64,000 nucleotides of DNA from Eubacteriales bacterium (GTDB taxonomy: Bacteria; Bacillota; Clostridia; Oscillospirales; CAG-272): assembly GCA_045596925.1 (NCBI GenBank), contig JAZODH010000058.1, positions 5,791 through 69,790 of the forward strand, in the 5' to 3' direction. The translations under genes were made by a program, and so were the position numbers. Below the pieces are notes generated by a model. It saw only the letters and a list, made by a program, of their open reading frames with translations. It had not been told where the DNA came from and searched no databases. Shown in pieces: positions 1-9,463 of the stretch (the first letter of the stretch is position 1; the number at the start of each line of letters is the position of its first letter).

Positions 1-568
1 CTGCGAAAATTTCTGTTATCTGACCCTTTTCCCCGTGCTTTCGGGATGTGCCGCCTTTGCCGCCGCGTCAGCATTTTCCGACCGCACGGGACTTGACGGG
101 GTCGCAAAGGGCATAAAAAAGATTTTTACCTTTCTTTTGGGGCTAATGGCGCTGATAATCTCCGCCGTCATGTCGGGGCAGACTCTCCTTTCGGCAAAGG
201 CGGATTCCGTGGCGTCAAGAACCGCCAAATTCGCCGCAGGAACATTTATTCCCGTAGTGGGCGGCACGGTGGGCGAGGCCCTGCGGACCGTGTCGGCGGG
301 GGTCGAATATCTCCGCTCATCGGTAGGGATAGGTGCAATAATCATCATTTGCGCCCTGCTCTTACCCACCCTCCTTTCCCTTGTTCTGGGGCGGATCTCT
401 CTATCTCTCTGCTCGTCCTGCGCCTCGTTTCTGGGACTCTCCAAGGAAGCCTCGATCTTAAGCGACTCCACAGGCTTTTACGGGTATCTTATCGCCGTCT
501 GCTCTATCTGCTCGGTGCTGGTCATATACGCGCTGGTGCTTTTTGTGAGAATATCGGCGGCTGTCTGA
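1..568 (+). CDS. spoIIIAE: Stage III sporulation protein AE, C-terminal part (5' end outside window)
   Basis: Frame is open from nt 2 to TGA 566-568 (track ORF 35..568 begins at an internal GTG). Polytopic membrane sequence (FIPVVGGTVGEALRTV, GIGAIIIICALLLPTLL) resembles SpoIIIAE. Followed by spoIIIAF/AH-like genes. Confidence 0.75.
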   Translation, partial: CENFCYLTLFPVLSGCAAFAAASAFSDRTGLDGVAKGIKKIFTFLLGLMALIISAVMSGQTLLSAKADSVASRTAKFAAGTFIPVVGGTVGEALRTVSAGVEYLRSSVGIGAIIIICALLLPTLLSLVLGRISLSLCSSCASFLGLSKEASILSDSTGFYGYLIAVCSICSVLVIYALVLFVRISAAV

Positions 569-578
569 AAGGAAGAAA

Positions 579-1076
579 ATGAAGCATTACCTCTATTCCA
601 TTGTTACCGTTTCGGTGGCGTCCTCGCTTTTCCGCGCCCTTTGTCCGGGCAACGGGTCACTGAAAAAATATTTTTCCTTTCTCACCTCGGCGGTGCTTCT
701 TTGCGCAACGGTACTCCCCATCTCATCTCTCGTGGACGGGATACGGGCAGGCGCGGGACTTTTTTCAAGCACCGTACAGACCGAACCGCAGGATTTTCAA
801 GCGGTCTGGGCAGAGCATCTGTCAGACAAAACGAAGGAGGAGACCGATCGCGCCGTTAAAGTCCACATATGCGAAAAATTCGGCATCTCGGAAAAGAACG
901 TATCGGTAGACTGCTCGTTTTCGGAGGAGGACGGCGGCTTGCGCCTGACGGCTATTGATATTACCCTGCACTCGGGCGCTCTGCTGAAAAATCCGAGACA
1001 GATAGAAAGCTACGCAGAGGAGATCTTCGGCATTCCCTGCAATGTAACCGACGGTCGTCTGCTTCCGTCGGAATAA
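579..1076 (+). CDS. spoIIIAF: Stage III sporulation protein AF-like
   Basis: ATG 579 is preceded by AAAGGAAG. 165 aa with two N-terminal hydrophobic helices then an acidic soluble domain. Lies directly after spoIIIAE. Confidence 0.6.
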   Translation: MKHYLYSIVTVSVASSLFRALCPGNGSLKKYFSFLTSAVLLCATVLPISSLVDGIRAGAGLFSSTVQTEPQDFQAVWAEHLSDKTKEETDRAVKVHICEKFGISEKNVSVDCSFSEEDGGLRLTAIDITLHSGALLKNPRQIESYAEEIFGIPCNVTDGRLLPSE

Positions 1077-1127
1077 TAATAGGATCGCGCGCATAATATT
1101 TAACAAATCATTTTTTCGGAGGCAAAT

Positions 1128-1697
1128 ATGGAAATCAAGAAAGTATGGGAAAAAACCAAGAATTTCTTCAAAAAGATCGAGAAAAAGAATTTTATTATTG
1201 CAGGCTCGGTGCTGGCGGTGGGAGTCGCCGTAACTCTTGCCTGGGTCATGACCGACAACGCCGCCGACGGGGGCTTTGACTATTCCCAAAGCTCGGGCAT
1301 GATCTCCCAGAACGTACAGGCAGGCAATACAGACCAAAAGGAAGATTCTCAATCGGATTATTTCACCGTCTCCCAGGCGAATCGCACAAGAGCACGCGAG
1401 GAGGCTATGGCTGTGCTCTCAAGCGTAGTTGAAAGCGAGAGTGCCGACCAGACCGCAAAGGATAAGGCGGCAGAGGAGATCGCACAGATCGCCCGCGACA
1501 TCGAAAACGAATCGAACATTGAATCCCTCGTGATCTCAAAAGGCTTTGACGCCTGTGTGGCGGTAGTCAGCGGCGGCACGGCAAGCATCGTGGTGGACAG
1601 CGATTCGCTGATCGACAGCCAGCTCTCTCAGATAAACGAGATCGTTTACGAGTACACGGGAATCCTCCCCGAAAACATCAAGATAATCCACAAATAA
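1128..1697 (+). CDS. spoIIIAH: Stage III sporulation protein AH
   Basis: 189 aa with an N-terminal TM anchor. YFTVSQANRTRAREEAMAVL ... SKGFDACVAVVSGGTASIVVDS matches the SpoIIIAH C-terminal pattern. Confidence 0.75.
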   Translation: MEIKKVWEKTKNFFKKIEKKNFIIAGSVLAVGVAVTLAWVMTDNAADGGFDYSQSSGMISQNVQAGNTDQKEDSQSDYFTVSQANRTRAREEAMAVLSSVVESESADQTAKDKAAEEIAQIARDIENESNIESLVISKGFDACVAVVSGGTASIVVDSDSLIDSQLSQINEIVYEYTGILPENIKIIHK

Positions 1698-1698
1698 A

Positions 1699-1732
1699 AT
1701 AACGGCGAGCCTGCGGGCTCGCCGTTATTTTA
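1699..1732. terminator. Bidirectional intrinsic terminator between spoIIIAH (+) and addA (-)
   Basis: Stem AACGGCGAGCC (1701-1711) / GGCTCGCCGTT (1716-1726) with a 4-nt loop. A-rich upstream and T-run downstream. Confidence 0.85.
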
Positions 1733-4700
1733 TATTTGGTCGGTGTCAATGTCCACCGCCTCACCCAGAGGCAGAGAATAGATGCAGACCCTTGACGGTT
1801 CCCGTCCGAAGACCTTCTTCACCGCCTCGCGGTAGTAGGAAAGCTGTTCGCGGTGACGCTCCGTCAGCTTTTTCACCGCCAAAGCGGTATCGTCTTTTTC
1901 TTCCTGCGTCAAATAGTCGGTCTTATAGTCCGCAAGGATCAGCTCGCCGTTTTCGTTCTCAAAAACAAGGTCGATAACACCCTGTACGGCAAGCTTTGTA
2001 TCGCCCAGAGACATTGCTGTCTCCTTACTCTCGGTGAATTTCGATGCAGGCAGAAGCAGGTTGAATCTCTGCTCACGCCAGATCCTCCTCGCCCTTGAAA
2101 GAGAGGCGAAAAATCCGCTCTCAAAAAATCTATCAATCTGCCGAAAATTCATCAGCTCTATGCTTTCTTTGAAGATAAAGCCCTTGTGCGCCAACCTCTG
2201 AGCCTCTGCTCTCGCGCCTGATCGACGAGCATTTTCAAAATCGCAGAACTGCATAAACAGGTGTGTGGCAGTTCCCCTGTCGGCACCGTTTGCCCGCTCC
2301 CTGTCATCCAAAAGGAAGGCGGGCGCAACTTTTATCTCGGGAATTTCGATCTCACGATCGTCGCTCTCCCGCTCGGCGGTGTCAAGCACACCGGGATAAA
2401 GCCTTGAAACAGAAATTTTCGCGGGAACTCCAACAAATCTGTCGTCATATTTGAAATTAAATCTTTCAAGGAACAGACGCTTGTATTCTTCGATCTTTTC
2501 GGGGTCGGCCGCCTCGGTCTCACTCTCCTTCCGTTCAAGCGGGACGGGAGCTTCAACGTCATAAGGCTCAAGGTCGCGCACACAGCACAAGCCCTCTTTT
2601 CCGCTCAGCGCCGCCGAGATCCATATATCCCAGGTCGATGCGTTCATGACCCCGTAGGGGTGGGGATTTCGCGCCAGCTCCGCAATGTTGCGGAAGCGGG
2701 TTTCACCCGTGTACGAGCCGACCAGGAAAAGTCTTTCGCGGGCACGGGTCATGGCAACGTAAAGAACGCGCATTTCCTCCTCGCTGTCTTCCAGCGAATT
2801 TTGCTGTTTTATTGCCTCTGTAACGGGATTACGCAGCACCGCCAGTCCCGTCTTATCGCGGAAGGAGGCGGACACGCCGATCTCCCGTGAAAAAGCCACC
2901 GCACTTGAATCCGATCGATTCATGCTTCTTCCGCAGGAGGTGATAAAGCACACGGGAAATTCAAGTCCCTTTGATGAGTGAACGGTCATTATGCTGACGA
3001 TGTTGCTGTCTCCGCTCCGCCCCGCAGGCTCCACCGTCTGCTTTGCCTCGATTGTGTCTCGGATGAAGCAGATAAAGCTGTAAAGTCCTTTAAACGAGCC
3101 CGACTCAAAGTTCCTTGCGTACTCGTAGAGCACAAGCAGATTGGCGCGCCGTTCGCGAACGGCGTAGTTGTCCTCACCCTCCTGTCCGGGTGTGGCAAAG
3201 GACAGCATATCCGTATCAAAATAAAGGTATCTGAGCAGCTTATCAACGGGCAGGACTCTCGCCTGCTCACGGTAGAGTGCCAGCTTTTCCGAAAAATATC
3301 GTATTTTCTCGGCAATCTCACCCTCCTCACGCTCCGCCGCCTCGCAAAGATTGTCGTAAAGTGAAAGACCCTTGGTCCCTCTTTTTCTTATCCTTGCAAG
3401 CTCGTCCAGGTTGAAGCCGTAAAGAGGCGAGCGCAAAAGCCCCGCCAGGTAAACGTCCTTTTGAGGATTGTCGATGACGCTCAGCAGACAGATGGCAAGA
3501 AGCACCTCGGGGTTTTCAAAATAGCTTTCCGCCGTCAGGGTCGAGCATGGGATACCCGCCCGGTCAAGAGTTTCGGCAAAAGCCGCTGCCGCCGCCTTAG
3601 TCCTTGCCAGGATCGCTATGTCTTTCGGCTCGATCCGACGGAGCACTCCGCGATCCTCGCAGTATTCCTCACCGCGCAAAAGCTCGCTTATTCTCGCCGC
3701 AACGTATTTTGCCTCGTGCTCGACGCCCTTTCCGCCGTACCTCTCTGGGTCAGCCTTGTATTCCTTTGATCCCGCCGTGTAAGAGCGGATCATGGCAAAC
3801 TCTGCCTTTTTCTGCTCGCGCCCTTCGGGAGCTATGTTCTTGGAGCAGACCAGCGCGTCCTTTTCCACGTAACCGATAGAGTTTACGCCCTTTGAAAAGA
3901 TGAAATCCGAGACCGCGTTTGAAAAATCCACCACTCCGCGGTCACATCTGAAATTTTCGGACATATAAATGGCGCACTCGTCTCCCCCGTCCGACGCTTC
4001 CGCGTCGGGGAAGGTGTTTTTGTAGCCCGCAAAGACCGTGGGATTTGCGCCCCTGAAGCGGTAGATGCTCTGCTTGATATCGCCGACCATAAAGCGGTTG
4101 TCGGGACGGGAAATTGCGCGAAAAATCGTGTCCTGCACAAGATCCGTGTCCTGATATTCGTCGATATAGATGGCATCAAACCTCTGCGAGAACTCCTTTG
4201 CGTACTCGGTGGGATTCAGACCCTCGTCCACGAACAGACGCAAGGTCATTCTCTTGTTGTCTGTAAAATCGAGCACGCCCAGTGCGCGCTTGCGCTCGGT
4301 AAACCGACGGTCAAACTCCCGTAGCAGACCGTATATTTCACGGCAGAACAGAGCGTTTCGGCGCAGTATCTGTGCACAAGCCTCCTCGCTCTGGGAGAAA
4401 TATTTGTCCCTTAATTTTACGTAACCCTTTTGCAGGTCGTCCTGCAGGGCGGCAAAATTCACGCTCTCCTCGGTCTTTTTCTTTACGCTTCCTCTTTTGA
4501 TCCTTGCGTAGGAGCAGAAAAGTCTGCGCGCCTCGGCGTAATTCCCCGAAACAATGGCATCTCGGGTGTGGGAAAAATGGTCACGGTCGTAAAGGACCGA
4601 AGGATAATAGCAGGCAAGGTCGCCTCCCTGCGCCTCGTCACAAAGACGGGACACGGCAGAGACGGCGTAGTCGAGAAAATCAAGGCAGAAGCCTTTTACG

Positions 4701-5335
4701 GCCCTGCCGCTTCGGCTCTCAAAATAGGGTGCTTCAGACTCCTGTTCAAGAGTCTCGCCGTCCACCCTGAGAAATTCCAGAAATTCGGGATATCCCGACA
4801 GCTTTTCGTAGAGTGAGATAAGCTCCTTTTCAGCCGAACTCGATCCTCTGCTGTCAAGAAAGCAATCCATGGCAACGGCGAAATCACTGCTCTGCTCATA
4901 TCGCTGAGAAATTAGAGCAGAAAGTACCTCGCGCATGATTATGGCACGCTGATTTGAATCGATTATGCGTGAGGACGCTCCCACCCCCAGCGCCTGGAAA
5001 TTCTCCTTTACCACGTCGTAGTAAAAAGAGTCCATGGTGCAGATCTTTGCCCGACCCAGCTTCAACAACTGGCGGTTAAGATGCCTGTTTGAAGGATCTG
5101 CGGCAAGCGCTTTTGATACTGCCGCAGTGATCTTTGAACGCAGATCGGCTGCCGATGCGTTAGTAAAGGTGACGATAAGAAAACGTCCGATATCCGCAGG
5201 ATTTTCCTTGTCCGTGAGCAGTCGGATTATGCGCTCGGTCAGGGTCGTGGTCTTGCCCGAGCCTGCGGCGGCGGAGACGAGGATAGTTTTATTTCTTGTT
5301 TCTATAGCCTTGTTTTGTGCTGCTGTAAAAGCCAT
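1730..5335 (-). CDS. addA: ATP-dependent helicase/nuclease subunit A (AddA, UvrD-type helicase + C-terminal nuclease)
   Basis: 1201 aa. Walker A AAAGSGKTT near the N-terminus, UvrD-like motifs (DEYQDT), and a C-terminal PD-(D/E)XK-like region (DLVFENENGELILADYKTD). Immediately downstream of addB. Confidence 0.9.
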   Translation of the reverse strand: MAFTAAQNKAIETRNKTILVSAAAGSGKTTTLTERIIRLLTDKENPADIGRFLIVTFTNASAADLRSKITAAVSKALAADPSNRHLNRQLLKLGRAKICTMDSFYYDVVKENFQALGVGASSRIIDSNQRAIIMREVLSALISQRYEQSSDFAVAMDCFLDSRGSSSAEKELISLYEKLSGYPEFLEFLRVDGETLEQESEAPYFESRSGRAVKGFCLDFLDYAVSAVSRLCDEAQGGDLACYYPSVLYDRDHFSHTRDAIVSGNYAEARRLFCSYARIKRGSVKKKTEESVNFAALQDDLQKGYVKLRDKYFSQSEEACAQILRRNALFCREIYGLLREFDRRFTERKRALGVLDFTDNKRMTLRLFVDEGLNPTEYAKEFSQRFDAIYIDEYQDTDLVQDTIFRAISRPDNRFMVGDIKQSIYRFRGANPTVFAGYKNTFPDAEASDGGDECAIYMSENFRCDRGVVDFSNAVSDFIFSKGVNSIGYVEKDALVCSKNIAPEGREQKKAEFAMIRSYTAGSKEYKADPERYGGKGVEHEAKYVAARISELLRGEEYCEDRGVLRRIEPKDIAILARTKAAAAAFAETLDRAGIPCSTLTAESYFENPEVLLAICLLSVIDNPQKDVYLAGLLRSPLYGFNLDELARIRKRGTKGLSLYDNLCEAAEREEGEIAEKIRYFSEKLALYREQARVLPVDKLLRYLYFDTDMLSFATPGQEGEDNYAVRERRANLLVLYEYARNFESGSFKGLYSFICFIRDTIEAKQTVEPAGRSGDSNIVSIMTVHSSKGLEFPVCFITSCGRSMNRSDSSAVAFSREIGVSASFRDKTGLAVLRNPVTEAIKQQNSLEDSEEEMRVLYVAMTRARERLFLVGSYTGETRFRNIAELARNPHPYGVMNASTWDIWISAALSGKEGLCCVRDLEPYDVEAPVPLERKESETEAADPEKIEEYKRLFLERFNFKYDDRFVGVPAKISVSRLYPGVLDTAERESDDREIEIPEIKVAPAFLLDDRERANGADRGTATHLFMQFCDFENARRSGARAEAQRLAHKGFIFKESIELMNFRQIDRFFESGFFASLSRARRIWREQRFNLLLPASKFTESKETAMSLGDTKLAVQGVIDLVFENENGELILADYKTDYLTQEEKDDTALAVKKLTERHREQLSYYREAVKKVFGREPSRVCIYSLPLGEAVDIDTDQI

Positions 5336-5336
5336 A

Positions 5337-8300
5337 TTACGTATCCTCCTCGTCGTCGTATTTCATGGTCAGCGCCCGTCGGCAGACCGCACGCATTCCG
5401 CAGAAATTGCAAGGGCTGTCCTTGCCGTCGGACTCAGCGATCGAAGCGTCGCCGTCCGTCATTTGGGAAATTATCGAGCAGACTACGTGGGACAGCCGTC
5501 GGTTCAGCTCCTCAAAGCCGTCGCCGTCGGAGGTGATGCACTTGTCCTGACTGCCCTGCTTTTTTATGACGCTTTCGTCGCTTGTTACGACACCGCTTCG
5601 GCTTATCTGCCCATCGGCCGACCGCAGGACATCCTCCTCGCCGGTGTCGGCGCTTTCTTTTATACCTCCAAGCTTTGAGGACAGGTAGACCGCGCCGGCG
5701 GGCAAAAGTCTGCCGCCCTCTCCGCAGCCCATTTTAACACGGCTCTCCTCCTGCCCGTAGCAAATGTTGAACAGGTAAAGAAGTATCTGGATATTGAGTC
5801 CGCTCTCAACGTCGTCGATCTTAAAATGCTTTGCGCCCGTTTTGTAGTCCACCACCCTGACGTAAACGTCGTTTCCGCGTTTCATCAGATCCACGCGGTC
5901 AACGATACCGGAAAATACCGCCGTCTTTCCGTTTGCCGTGCGATATTCCGCGGGGCTTATCTGCGCATCCTCACCGTAGCCGATCTTCATTTCAAAGAAG
6001 GTAGGTACAAATCCGCTGCTCTTGAACTCTCCCACCACGTTGCCCGCAAGCACGCGGGAAAGACGCTTTAGGCGTGCAAGAGTGTGACGCATTTTGGCGT
6101 TGTCCGCTTCGCCGGGCAAACGCTCGCGGGCGTATTTTTCGATAAGGTCGGGCAAGGTATCAAGCCTTTGCGCCGCCAGCTCTGCATTAAATCCGTTTTC
6201 GTCGGTAACCGAGCGGATAAACTCCTCCAGCACCGCGTGGACCAGCGTTCCCGTATCGTTGACGGAATAGAAGTTTCGCTCGTCCTTTTGAAGCTTCAGA
6301 ACGTATCTGCAATAGTAATCAAAATGACATTTGACATATTTTTCAAGAGCCGACGGAGACATCGAGAGCCTGTCTCCGAAGACCTCGTCTGCCGTCTCGC
6401 GTGAGATCGATTGTGAATAGGTGTCGCTGTCGAAGATTCTCCTGTAATACCGTCCGCCCTCACCTCCGTCTTCCTTCAGGATCGAGCGCAGGGCGATGCC
6501 CTGAGCACCCTCTCCCAGAAGAGACGCATATTCAAGGGCGATCTTCGGAGTCAGAAGCCTGTCGGCAATAGGTGACTCGGAAAAATCAAATTCCTTCATT
6601 CCCAGGAGCAATTTTATACGGTTGTAAGCCATGGAGGGCAATCTCTCGCCGTCCCCCTGAAGCTTGGCATAGGAATAGGAAACGTACAGACCCACAGAGG
6701 GGCTTGTCACGGCGCGGTAAACGTAGAAAAGCTCCTCGGCACACTTGTCCGTGCCGTCCGAGGAAAGGCTTATGCCAAGAGAAGAAAGCTCTTCTCTCTC
6801 CGTATCGGTCAGAAGACTCTTATCATCGGCGTTTTGCGGAAAAACGCCGTCATTCATACCGATAATAAGCACGTATTTGGGGCGGTCGGCACGAAGCATA
6901 TGCGCCGAACCTACCGTCACCTCGTCGCAGGAGGTGGGAATAGCTCCCACCGTAACATGAGAGAAAACGGTGGTCAGAGCCTCCTCCAGCTCCTGCGAGG
7001 TAAAACGCTCTCCGTCGTTTTCAAAGCTCGCTATCATATCGAGAATATCTATCACCGAATTGTAAAGGGTAACGGTCTCGGCGGCATTTCTTCTCATACC
7101 GTCATCGGCGTATCTTTCGGCCTCTGCCGAAAGCCGGCCCGCCACGTCAAGGGCGCACATATAATCGAAAACCGCACGGGCAAGATCAGCATTTGTGCGT
7201 GCCCGATCAAGCGCGCCGAAAAAAGCGGACAAGGGCTCGCTCACCCGACGCCTTGCTCGGTTGACGCACTCAAGATAGGCAAGATCCTCCTCACGAAGCT
7301 CTCCCAAATAGGAGTGAGGATTCATGGTCCAGTCGTCTCCGCAAAAGGCGCGTCCCGACAGGCTCCAGCGCCATACGTAATCCTCAAAAAGGTCGGAGTC
7401 CCTCTGGTACGCTCCGCAAAGACCCGTTTTCACGTAAGAAATAACGTCCTCGGTCTGCCAGGAGCGGTTTTTGATGCGCAGAGCGCAGAGAAGCAGTTTT
7501 ATAAGGGGCTTGGACGACACGTCGGTGCGAGCGGACATATAAAATGGTATCCCCGCCTTTTCAAGGGAGTGGTCGATGATCCCTCTCCAGGACTCGGCAC
7601 TTCGGGCAATAACGGCGATCTCGCCGTATTTTGCACCCTCCCGCACAAGTCGTCCGATGTGGCATGCCGCCGCCTCAGCTTCCTCGTATTCGTTGGCACA
7701 TTTAACGAGAGTGACGCTTCCGTCATCGGGCAAGACTTCGCCGCCAACTGCCGAAAAGCTCCACAAATGGCGCTCTAGCACACGCAATGCCTCACTTTCG
7801 GTCCGTCTGTTGTCGGGCAGATAGGTCACACAGGGCTTGATATTTTTCTTTTCCGCCTGCAAAAGAAAGAAATCTACCGTCTTTTTCGACGCCTCAAAGT
7901 GCATGGGCAGAGGCTTTTGGTCGCAGAAGCAAACAGCCGCCGTCACGCTGTGCGCGCCGTCGATCATTCGGGAGATTATTCTGTGCTCCTGCTCAGTGAA
8001 GCTCAAAAAGGAATCTATGTAGACACTCATGCCGTCAAAAAAATCGTTTTCCGCCAGCACCGAGTCAAGCCTTGAAAGCTCGTCCGAGCCGTCACCGTAG
8101 GCCTCAAGTGACGCTTCATACGCCGCACAGATAAGAGAAATATCCCTCAGTTTTCCGCCCAGAGTACTGTTTTCCTCCAGCTTGTCTGCCGCCCTCTCAA
8201 GCTCGGCGGGACTTACACAGCTCGCCTTGAATTCCTCTGCCGCCGAAAGCATAAGAGAAATAAGAGACAGGTCTCCTCTGACCCCGCCGTATTTGCGCAA

Positions 8301-8606
8301 AAAGGGACGGAGAGAGGTCACCGTGTTCCACATGGTCAGCGCCTTTACGCCCTCGGAGATCCCGTGGCGTGAAAGCCCGCCGTACTGTCTGAAAACGCGG
8401 TTTGCAAGGCGCGTAAAATTCAGCACCTCAAAGCAGAGCTGTGCCGAGGGCGGCAAAAGAGAGAGCATTCGCCTCTCCGCCGACACCGTCTCCTGCTCGG
8501 GAACAAGCAAAATGACCTGCCGTCCGCTTTCAATATCCTTTTTTATATTTTCTTCGATCTGGGTAGTCTTTCCGCTGCCCGATCCGCCAAGTATCAAATT
8601 AAGCAT
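5337..8606 (-). CDS. addB: ATP-dependent helicase/nuclease subunit B (AddB) with C-terminal Fe-S nuclease domain
   Basis: Walker A GGSGSGKTT sits 7 aa after ATG 8606. Cys cluster KCHFDYYC ... CNFCGMRAVC at the C-terminus. The track ORF extends to TTG 8645, which would form a TTGA overlap with the upstream stop, so the start is ambiguous. Confidence 0.85.
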   Translation of the reverse strand: MLNLILGGSGSGKTTQIEENIKKDIESGRQVILLVPEQETVSAERRMLSLLPPSAQLCFEVLNFTRLANRVFRQYGGLSRHGISEGVKALTMWNTVTSLRPFLRKYGGVRGDLSLISLMLSAAEEFKASCVSPAELERAADKLEENSTLGGKLRDISLICAAYEASLEAYGDGSDELSRLDSVLAENDFFDGMSVYIDSFLSFTEQEHRIISRMIDGAHSVTAAVCFCDQKPLPMHFEASKKTVDFFLLQAEKKNIKPCVTYLPDNRRTESEALRVLERHLWSFSAVGGEVLPDDGSVTLVKCANEYEEAEAAACHIGRLVREGAKYGEIAVIARSAESWRGIIDHSLEKAGIPFYMSARTDVSSKPLIKLLLCALRIKNRSWQTEDVISYVKTGLCGAYQRDSDLFEDYVWRWSLSGRAFCGDDWTMNPHSYLGELREEDLAYLECVNRARRRVSEPLSAFFGALDRARTNADLARAVFDYMCALDVAGRLSAEAERYADDGMRRNAAETVTLYNSVIDILDMIASFENDGERFTSQELEEALTTVFSHVTVGAIPTSCDEVTVGSAHMLRADRPKYVLIIGMNDGVFPQNADDKSLLTDTEREELSSLGISLSSDGTDKCAEELFYVYRAVTSPSVGLYVSYSYAKLQGDGERLPSMAYNRIKLLLGMKEFDFSESPIADRLLTPKIALEYASLLGEGAQGIALRSILKEDGGEGGRYYRRIFDSDTYSQSISRETADEVFGDRLSMSPSALEKYVKCHFDYYCRYVLKLQKDERNFYSVNDTGTLVHAVLEEFIRSVTDENGFNAELAAQRLDTLPDLIEKYARERLPGEADNAKMRHTLARLKRLSRVLAGNVVGEFKSSGFVPTFFEMKIGYGEDAQISPAEYRTANGKTAVFSGIVDRVDLMKRGNDVYVRVVDYKTGAKHFKIDDVESGLNIQILLYLFNICYGQEESRVKMGCGEGGRLLPAGAVYLSSKLGGIKESADTGEEDVLRSADGQISRSGVVTSDESVIKKQGSQDKCITSDGDGFEELNRRLSHVVCSIISQMTDGDASIAESDGKDSPCNFCGMRAVCRRALTMKYDDEEDT

Positions 8607-8641
8607 TTGATTTAAACCGTCCTCCAAAATCAGATTTGGTT

Positions 8642-9463
8642 TCAATTATCTTCAAAGAGCTTCAGATTTCTCAGGATCGTCTCTTTTCCGCGCCAGGAAT
8701 ATGCGCGGTCGTCAAATTCCTCATCGGTCATTTTCTCAAGTTCCTCGACCGTCAGGGTCGGCAGACAGCTTTCCGAGAAAAAATCCACGGGAGAATAGAT
8801 GGTTCCGTCTTTTTTCGCCCTTTGGGTATGGGGACACGCCGTCTGGCACCTGTCACAGCCCCACACAAGCCCGTGTCGAAGGATCTTCTCCTTTTCCACC
8901 TCGGTCAGCTCACCTTTCTTCTGGGTCAGGGCCGAAAGGCACTCCCCCACCGAAAGGTCGACGGGACAAGCACATGAGCACAGCCCGCAGTTTTCACAAA
9001 ACCGGATCTCCTTGATCTCACTCTGCAGTTCAAGGTCTGTGATGATCTCACCGAGAAAAACGAATGAAGAATATTTTTCGGTAATGAGCAGGTGGTTTCG
9101 CCCGATGATGCCGAGTCCCGCCTTCGCCGCCCCGTTCACCTCGTCAATAGGGGAATGATCCGAGAAAAAGCCGAATTTTGAGAGCGGAAAATCCTTTGCA
9201 AATGCCTGCGAAAACCGCTGACAAAGCTCTTTAAAATACAGATGATAGTCCTGCGGGACAGCGTAAAGCGAGACGTTTCGGTTTTCACTTTCCGCCGCGC
9301 GACTGTAATAGGGTACAGCGAAGATCACTGCGCTTCCACCCGTCACACCGCACCTCTCAAGCAGATACGGACGAATGATCTTGCAGTCGTCAAGAGGAAG
9401 AAATCCGAAAAGCTCGATCCTCTCCTTTTCAAAAAAATCTCTGAAAAACTGCTCTCCGCTCAT
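8642..9463 (-). CDS. Epoxyqueuosine reductase (QueG)-like 4Fe-4S protein, short form
   Basis: 273 aa. GLGIIGRNHLLITEKYSSFVFLGEIITDL, CENCGLCSCACP and GCDRCQTACPH resemble the QueG core. Its ATGA overlaps the abcF stop. Confidence 0.6.
   Translation of the reverse strand: MSGEQFFRDFFEKERIELFGFLPLDDCKIIRPYLLERCGVTGGSAVIFAVPYYSRAAESENRNVSLYAVPQDYHLYFKELCQRFSQAFAKDFPLSKFGFFSDHSPIDEVNGAAKAGLGIIGRNHLLITEKYSSFVFLGEIITDLELQSEIKEIRFCENCGLCSCACPVDLSVGECLSALTQKKGELTEVEKEKILRHGLVWGCDRCQTACPHTQRAKKDGTIYSPVDFFSESCLPTLTVEELEKMTDEEFDDRAYSWRGKETILRNLKLFEDN

Noticed and set aside
6834-7778. 314-aa + strand ORF inside addB (and similar ones at 34367-35143 in mfd, 22191-22967 in the scaffoldin gene, 29558-30310, 41433-41951)
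   Set aside because: All are antisense shadows of strongly supported genes. The tail of 29558-30310 merely reads through the left DUF559 repeat arm.
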